The position numbers and the translations under genes were made by a program. Shown here piece after piece: positions 58,806 to 64,000 of a stretch of DNA of 64,000 nucleotides. Position 1 is the stretch's first letter. Each line of letters starts with the position of its first letter. This DNA comes from an uncultured Gemmatimonadota bacterium. GTDB taxonomy: Bacteria > JAAXHH01. Where the stretch lies: NCBI GenBank assembly GCA_951812955.1, contig OX638340.1, positions 2,912,001 to 2,976,000 of the forward strand, in the 5' to 3' direction. The notes under the pieces were generated by a model. It searched no databases. It was given only the letters and a program-made list of their open reading frames with translations, and had not been told where the DNA came from.

Positions 58806-60491
58806 GTGCCCTACCTGAAGATTCTGCGCGCGGAAGTTCCGCAAGTGCATGTCCTCTCAAAGGATGTCACTACCCTGGGCCGTTCCGGGGAAGTCGATAT
58901 GCCCATCAGAGGGGACCGCGGTGTCTCCAAACTCCACGCGCGGATCGAAAGCGAGGCTGCGGGCTACGTGATCACGGACCTGGGCAGCCGGAACGGTACG
59001 TATGTCAACGATCATCCGGTCGCCGGGGAACCCGCCCCGCTGCTTTCAGGCGATCATATCAGGGTCGGACAGACTGTCCTGGTATTTGAAGGGGGAGAAC
59101 CGGATGGGACGCATTCCGCGGGCACGGGAACCGCGGATGCGGAGGCCGTGGCGAGTAAGGACGATCCGCAGGCGCCGGCGTCGCTGTTCCGGGCGGATCA
59201 ACTGCCCTATACGCAGGCTGGCCGCCCGCCCGTCCGTCAGCGTGCAGGCGCGGACAACCACCTGCTGAAGCTGACGGATCTGAGCAAGGCCGTCATGACG
59301 GTGCGCAGCGAAGCGGAACTGGGAGATCTCGTTACCCGGCGCCTGCTCGAGTGGCTGGAGGCCGACTGCTGTGCGATCGTCCATCCCCTGGACACCGAGG
59401 ATGGTTACGACCTCGAGATAAGGTCGCTGGTATCCCGTACCGGAAGAGAAGCCGGCGGCATCTCAATCAGCACCACCGCGGTGAAACAGGCCCTGGAAAA
59501 CCGGATGGCCTCCATCACCACGAATGCCCTGGGGGATGAACGGTTCAGGGACCAGCACAGCGTCATCCTCCGCGGGCTGGCGTCCATTCTGTGCGTACCC
59601 CTGTGGCATGAAGACCGGGTATTCGGTCTGCTGTACCTCGATTCATCGGATCCCGCCGCGCAGTTTACCGTGGATCACCTCGGTCTCGTCAGCGCGGCCG
59701 CCAACCTGGCCGCCATCAAGACCGACAACCTGCGCCTGTTCGACGCGGCCGTCGCCAAGAGCGCGCTGGACAAGGAACTGGCCCTGGCCGGGGAGATTCA
59801 GGCGGGCCTGCTGCCCGGAGAGCGCTACGTGTTCCAACGTCTTGCCTGCGCGGGAAAGCTCCAGTCCTGCGCGGCGATCGGTGGCGACTACTACGATTTT
59901 ATTCCTATTGGCGAGAACGTCCTGACGGTGACGATCGCCGACGTTACCGGACACGGTCCCTCCAGCGCGATGCTCATGGTCGCCTGCAAGACCATGCTGA
60001 CCACCCTCATAGAGATCCGGGTTCCCCTGACGGAACGGGTGACGCGGTTGAATGAATACATGGTCCACCACGCTGCATCCAACCAGTTCATTACTTTCTT
60101 CCACGCCGAAATCGACCTGGAGCACCGGTCGCTGAACTATTGCAACGCCGGCCACAATCCCCCCATGCTCCTGCCGCCCGGCGACGCGCCGCCTGCGAGA
60201 CTGCATTCCGCAGGCCCGCCGTTGGGGATCGTTTCCTGTCCCTTTGACCTGGAGACCGTGGATTTTCCGCCAGGGTCCAGGCTGGTCATGTACACGGACG
60301 GAATCACCGAGGCCTCAGACCCGGAAGGGGTGCTTTACGAGGAAGACCGGCTGGAATCGCTGCTGACAAGGTGTCGCCGGCAGGACGCGGACGCGTTGAA
60401 AAACAGCATCCTGGCGGAACTTCTGGAATTCACCGCGGGACGGGAACAGGATGACGACGTTACCCTGGCCGTAGTGGAATACACCACCTAG
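58806..60491 (+). CDS. FHA - GAF - PP2C/SpoIIE-type serine phosphatase signalling protein
   Basis: N-terminal FHA (TLGRS...SKLHARIE...GSRNGTYVN). Central GAF-like region. C-terminal GGDYYDF...DVTGHG...YTDGITEA. Confidence 0.65.
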   Translation: MPYLKILRAEVPQVHVLSKDVTTLGRSGEVDMPIRGDRGVSKLHARIESEAAGYVITDLGSRNGTYVNDHPVAGEPAPLLSGDHIRVGQTVLVFEGGEPDGTHSAGTGTADAEAVASKDDPQAPASLFRADQLPYTQAGRPPVRQRAGADNHLLKLTDLSKAVMTVRSEAELGDLVTRRLLEWLEADCCAIVHPLDTEDGYDLEIRSLVSRTGREAGGISISTTAVKQALENRMASITTNALGDERFRDQHSVILRGLASILCVPLWHEDRVFGLLYLDSSDPAAQFTVDHLGLVSAAANLAAIKTDNLRLFDAAVAKSALDKELALAGEIQAGLLPGERYVFQRLACAGKLQSCAAIGGDYYDFIPIGENVLTVTIADVTGHGPSSAMLMVACKTMLTTLIEIRVPLTERVTRLNEYMVHHAASNQFITFFHAEIDLEHRSLNYCNAGHNPPMLLPPGDAPPARLHSAGPPLGIVSCPFDLETVDFPPGSRLVMYTDGITEASDPEGVLYEEDRLESLLTRCRRQDADALKNSILAELLEFTAGREQDDDVTLAVVEYTT

Positions 60492-60589
60492 CCAGACCTC
60501 CGGGTGAACGCCGCCCGCGGCGTGACCCGCGGTTCCGACCCGCATGTCCTCCGCCCGCCTCAGAACAGTCGCCCGGCCAAGGCGCCAGT

Positions 60590-61642
60590 CTATATCCAAC
60601 CGTGATCGATGCTTACCGGCGTGCCGGACTGCTGATGCGTCCACTGTCCCCCGCTGGCCAGCGGTACCTCCCGGCCGGAAATGGACGACTGTTCGGCGGC
60701 GAACAGGATCTCCATGACGTGACGGCCCCATTCACCGGGCGTGGGCGGTTCGATGTCCTTGCGGATGGACTCGACAAACCCCTTCCACTCGTTGTACATG
60801 GGATGGGGCGGGTCGTCGAAGGGCACGTCCTCCCACTTGTTGTCCTTGCCGACCCTGACGTACTTCTCGCCCGATTCGCTGAAGCGCAGCGAGCCGTTCG
60901 CGCAGATCACCTGGCATTCGTGGTTGGGCCCGCCGTCGGCGTAACCCACGGCCACCGCCACGCCCGCCGTGCCGTTCTTGTACCGGATGAAGGCCGTGGA
61001 GGAGTCGTCCGCGGCCTGGTAGTGCGCCCGGTTGCCAATGGAGGCGGAGACCGATATTGCCTGGGAAGCCATGACCCAGGAGAGGCGGTCCACCACGTGG
61101 ACGCCGTTGGTCATCCACATGCCGCCGCCGTGGAACCTGCTGCGGTACTGGGGCCTGCGGCCGCCGTGCCCCCACTGCTTGGACATGTAGCATACTGCCG
61201 TGATAGCAGGGCCAAGCGCTCCGGAGTCCAGGATTTCCTTCGCCTTGACGCTGGTGCCGTAGAAATGCTGCGTCAGGCCCACCATGAGCTTGACGCGATT
61301 GGCCGCGGCTGCGGCGATCATGTCGTCGCACTGGTCCAGGCTGATTGCCATGGGTTTCTCCACCAGGACGTGCTTGCCGGCGTTGCAGGCGTCCACGGTA
61401 AGGCGGTGGTGAAGCTGGTGGCCAAGGACGATGGCCACGGCTTCGACCTCGTCGTCCGCCAACAGCTCCGTGTGGGTTTCGTAACCCCTGGGGATATCGT
61501 ACTTTTCCATGTATTCACGTCGCTTTTCTTCGAGCAGGTCCGCGACCGCGACGATCTCCACGCCAACCTGGTTGGTGATGGCCTCGCAGTGCGGACGGGC
61601 GATGCCGCCCAGGCCGATTATACCGACGCGCAGATTAGACAC
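60590..61642 (-). CDS. Gfo/Idh/MocA-family oxidoreductase
   Basis: LRVGIIGLGGIARPH and EKPMA motifs. Confidence 0.7.
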   Translation of the reverse strand: MSNLRVGIIGLGGIARPHCEAITNQVGVEIVAVADLLEEKRREYMEKYDIPRGYETHTELLADDEVEAVAIVLGHQLHHRLTVDACNAGKHVLVEKPMAISLDQCDDMIAAAAANRVKLMVGLTQHFYGTSVKAKEILDSGALGPAITAVCYMSKQWGHGGRRPQYRSRFHGGGMWMTNGVHVVDRLSWVMASQAISVSASIGNRAHYQAADDSSTAFIRYKNGTAGVAVAVGYADGGPNHECQVICANGSLRFSESGEKYVRVGKDNKWEDVPFDDPPHPMYNEWKGFVESIRKDIEPPTPGEWGRHVMEILFAAEQSSISGREVPLASGGQWTHQQSGTPVSIDHGWI

Positions 61643-62180
61643 AGGTAACGCTCCTTTGATGGGTGCATGGAAGTGGGCTGGCGGGGGTGGTTCAGATCAC
61701 GCCACCGCCGCGATCATATTCTGCTATCAGCTTCCTTCGGAATCTGTACGCTACTATCTGAATATAAAAGACGGCAGATCTTCTGCAGGCAATGGATTTA
61801 ACAACGCGAAACTTCAACATACCATCGCCCATCAGCATCGCCTTATACCGGTCACAGGTTGTTTCAGTCCGGATTATCGGCCTGAGTTCAAATATTCTGT
61901 ATAGATGAAGGTCATGTCATTATATTAGCGATCGTCTGTCAGCGCAGACATCATCTGCGCTGTAGTAAAGTGATCAGTAATACACCCCCGCCAAGAATTT
62001 CTCGTAGCGTGCATTTTATTCCACATATCATCAATTACGCCCGCGATCCCAGGTCTGTGTTCAAAGCCTTGCCGGGTTCAGTCGCAATGGCGTTTGCAAC
62101 AATAGAGCTTGTTAAGTAAGAAGCACCTGTTTTTCTGGTTGGATAACACGTGGATCTATGGAACAGAATGGAATCTCAGG

Positions 62181-64000
62181 ATGGTTAATCTAGTACAGTC
62201 GTTTACGAGCCAGTGGAAGCAGGCGACGTTTGCCAGTGTGATCATGACATTGATCCTCATTCCTTATAGCTTCGCACTCTCGGCACTGATATTCCACGGT
62301 CCGCTTCAATCATTCACCTTGCCCGGGACCGGCCTACTGATATACGGCGCATTGATCTCCTGCTTATTGTTTGCCCTGGCCGGCAGCCACCGTGGTGTGC
62401 TCGCCGGGCCACACGAAATCGCCGCCGCGGCGTTCGCAACGATGAGCGCCGCCGTTGGAGTGAGTATGGTGAACGCGCCTGCCGAAGCGACTTTCATGAC
62501 CATGATCACTCTGTTCATACTCACCAGTGTGATTACAGGCCTGATCTTCTTTGGGATCGGTATCAGCCGGCTGTCCTACTTGCTGCGTTTCATCCCCTAT
62601 CCGGTTGCGGCCGGGTGTTTCGCCGGTTTCGGCTGGATTCTCTGCGTGGCCGCCCTGTCTATGATGAGTTCGATGTCACTTGAATGGCATACACTTCCTC
62701 GCCTTTTCGATGCCGATACAGTTTGGAAATGGATACCTGGTATCGCATTCGGAGTCATTCTATTGGTTGTCACGCGACGCGGAAACGCCATTCCCGTTCT
62801 AATTTGGAGTTTCCTGATCCTCACCGGAGTTTTTCATCTGGTTCTTTACGTTTTTGGCATTTCGATTGAAACGGCCAAGTCGGCCAATCTCCTTTGGTCC
62901 GGAAGCGGCGTTACCGGCGGCTTATGGCCCGTGTTCGGCCTTGATGATTTCAGCCTCGTGGACTGGAACGTGGTTGGGGAGCAGATTCCAGCGGTCATGG
63001 TCGTTGTATTGCTCATGGTACTGTGCTTGCTATTGAATTCGAACATAATGGAGGTGGCCTCCGGCGAGGAAATCAATCTTGACAAGGAATTCCGCGTGGC
63101 CGGCGCGGCGGGCATAATTGCCGGGGCGGGAGGCAGTCTCCCGGGGATACACTTCCCGGTATTGTCATCGACATCGCAAAAGCTGGGCGCCGACACGCCG
63201 TGGACGGGAGTCCTGACCTCACTGTGGTTAGGGTTGACCCTGATCTTCGGCAGCGCGGTACTGGAACTGATCCCGATATCATTAACAGGTGGGTTGCTGT
63301 TCTTCATTGGCGTTGACCTGCTGAACAACTGGTTGATTAAAGTCCGCCGGAGGGTCAGTGGAATCGAACACGGCGTCATCATCCTCATGGCACTGGGTAT
63401 TGTCGTCTTCGGATTTGTCGAAGGCATAGGCATCGGGATGCTTGCCAGCCTTTGTCCTTTGGCCGTTCATCTCCTACGGCTGGAACCGGTTGTGTCGTTG
63501 GAGACTGGAACGGACCATCGCAGCGCCAGGGTCAGGTCCGTACCCGACCGGGGCATTCTCCTTGCGCATGCTGAGCGGATCAAGATCGTCCGGTTGTGCG
63601 GCTATATGTACTTCGTCATAAATTACCGGTTGATGAATCACCTTAAGAAACTTATGGGACAGTCGCCTTCTCCGAAGTTCATCGTGCTCGACTGCTCGGA
63701 GGTCAAGTGGTTCGATGCATCTGCGATCAGTACGTTATGCATGTTTCTCTATACCACCGGATCCAGCGGGGTACGGGTCTTGTTTGCAGCCCCTCCAGCT
63801 CAGCTTCAGTCAAGTCTGGCTCATGATCTTCCAGACGCGTTGCGGAGCAGGATCTGGTTTGAAAAGAATCTGGACCATGCGCTGGAACGATGTGAAGACG
63901 CAATCATCGCGTCTGAAATCCGAAAACACGACGTTTCTTCGGAGGACGACCGGACAAACCTGCTGGATCTCGTGGGCGATGTAATGGAAGACCATCTTGA
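62181..64000 (+). CDS. SulP-family anion transporter with C-terminal STAS domain (3'-partial, runs off window; not in the supplied ORF track)
   Basis: The reading frame is open from 62106 to the window end. N-terminal FASVIMTLILIPYSFALSALIFHGPL matches SulP N-terminus. Multiple TM helices. C-terminal STAS-like block from KIVRLCGYMYF... to ...VRVLFAAPP. Markedly lower GC than the rest of the window. Confidence 0.5.
   Translation, partial: MVNLVQSFTSQWKQATFASVIMTLILIPYSFALSALIFHGPLQSFTLPGTGLLIYGALISCLLFALAGSHRGVLAGPHEIAAAAFATMSAAVGVSMVNAPAEATFMTMITLFILTSVITGLIFFGIGISRLSYLLRFIPYPVAAGCFAGFGWILCVAALSMMSSMSLEWHTLPRLFDADTVWKWIPGIAFGVILLVVTRRGNAIPVLIWSFLILTGVFHLVLYVFGISIETAKSANLLWSGSGVTGGLWPVFGLDDFSLVDWNVVGEQIPAVMVVVLLMVLCLLLNSNIMEVASGEEINLDKEFRVAGAAGIIAGAGGSLPGIHFPVLSSTSQKLGADTPWTGVLTSLWLGLTLIFGSAVLELIPISLTGGLLFFIGVDLLNNWLIKVRRRVSGIEHGVIILMALGIVVFGFVEGIGIGMLASLCPLAVHLLRLEPVVSLETGTDHRSARVRSVPDRGILLAHAERIKIVRLCGYMYFVINYRLMNHLKKLMGQSPSPKFIVLDCSEVKWFDASAISTLCMFLYTTGSSGVRVLFAAPPAQLQSSLAHDLPDALRSRIWFEKNLDHALERCEDAIIASEIRKHDVSSEDDRTNLLDLVGDVMEDHL

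Noticed and set aside
62306-63470. Minus-strand ORFs 62846..63433, 63073..63282 and others near the window end
   Set aside because: They are antisense to a long open plus-strand frame with SulP/STAS homology that lacks a stop in the window.
1-64000. tRNA/rRNA/mobile-element scan
   Set aside because: I saw no cloverleaf-like conserved tRNA sequences, no rRNA-like stretches, and no transposase or integrase or terminal inverted repeats. Absence is by eye only.

Overview
GC-rich (about 60-67% by eye) bacterial window with roughly 44 protein-coding genes. I found no tRNA, rRNA, CRISPR array or recognisable transposase or integrase. The C-terminal phenylalanine beta-barrel and the TolC-family gene suggest a diderm host.

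Gene content in order along the window:
- **Head-group or lipid locus (97-5284):** two paralogous nucleotidyltransferase + CDP-alcohol phosphatidyltransferase fusion genes (IPCT/DIPPS-like architecture), with a methyltransferase and a Wzx-type flippase between them.
- **Putative envelope operon (5364-10914):** TolC-like outer membrane factor, DUF3047-like secreted protein, MlaC/Ttg2D-like lipid-binding protein, AP-superfamily phosphodiesterase, radical SAM enzyme.
- **Fused UvrA-UvrA (10911-16613, minus strand):** a single 1900-aa ORF made of two complete UvrA units.
- **Oxidoreductase-rich block:** five Gfo/Idh/MocA paralogs, three SDRs, two PhyH dioxygenases, a sulfatase-like protein, a sugar-phosphate isomerase, a PGI/PMI-type isomerase, an AOR-family oxidoreductase, cspA, and a Tat-exported class V PLP enzyme.
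- **Giant surface protein (28797-35240, minus strand):** 2147 aa with a signal peptide, seven sCache_2-like ligand-binding domains interleaved with four Calx-beta-like domains, a Big_2-like domain, and a C-terminal beta-barrel ending in Phe. It carries a near-identical 1.26-kb tandem DNA duplication. It is the most unusual feature of the window.
- **Housekeeping cluster:** frameshifted group II PLP decarboxylase, ahcY, a MATE transporter, dtd, maf, kptA.
- **Fatty-alcohol module (53915-58767):** a 1206-aa tri-domain fusion (fatty acyl reductase + degenerate AMP-binding N-lobe + HAD-IB phosphatase) translationally coupled to a zinc alcohol dehydrogenase, followed by an FHA-GAF-PP2C phosphatase.
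- **Low-GC 3' end (61643-64000):** intergenic region plus a partial SulP/STAS transporter gene that runs off the window and is absent from the ORF track.

The strongest candidates for something undescribed are the multi-Cache outer-membrane protein, the single-chain double UvrA, the TolC-MlaC-phosphodiesterase-radical SAM operon, the paired IPCT/DIPPS-like locus, and the reductase/ligase-like/HAD fusion.
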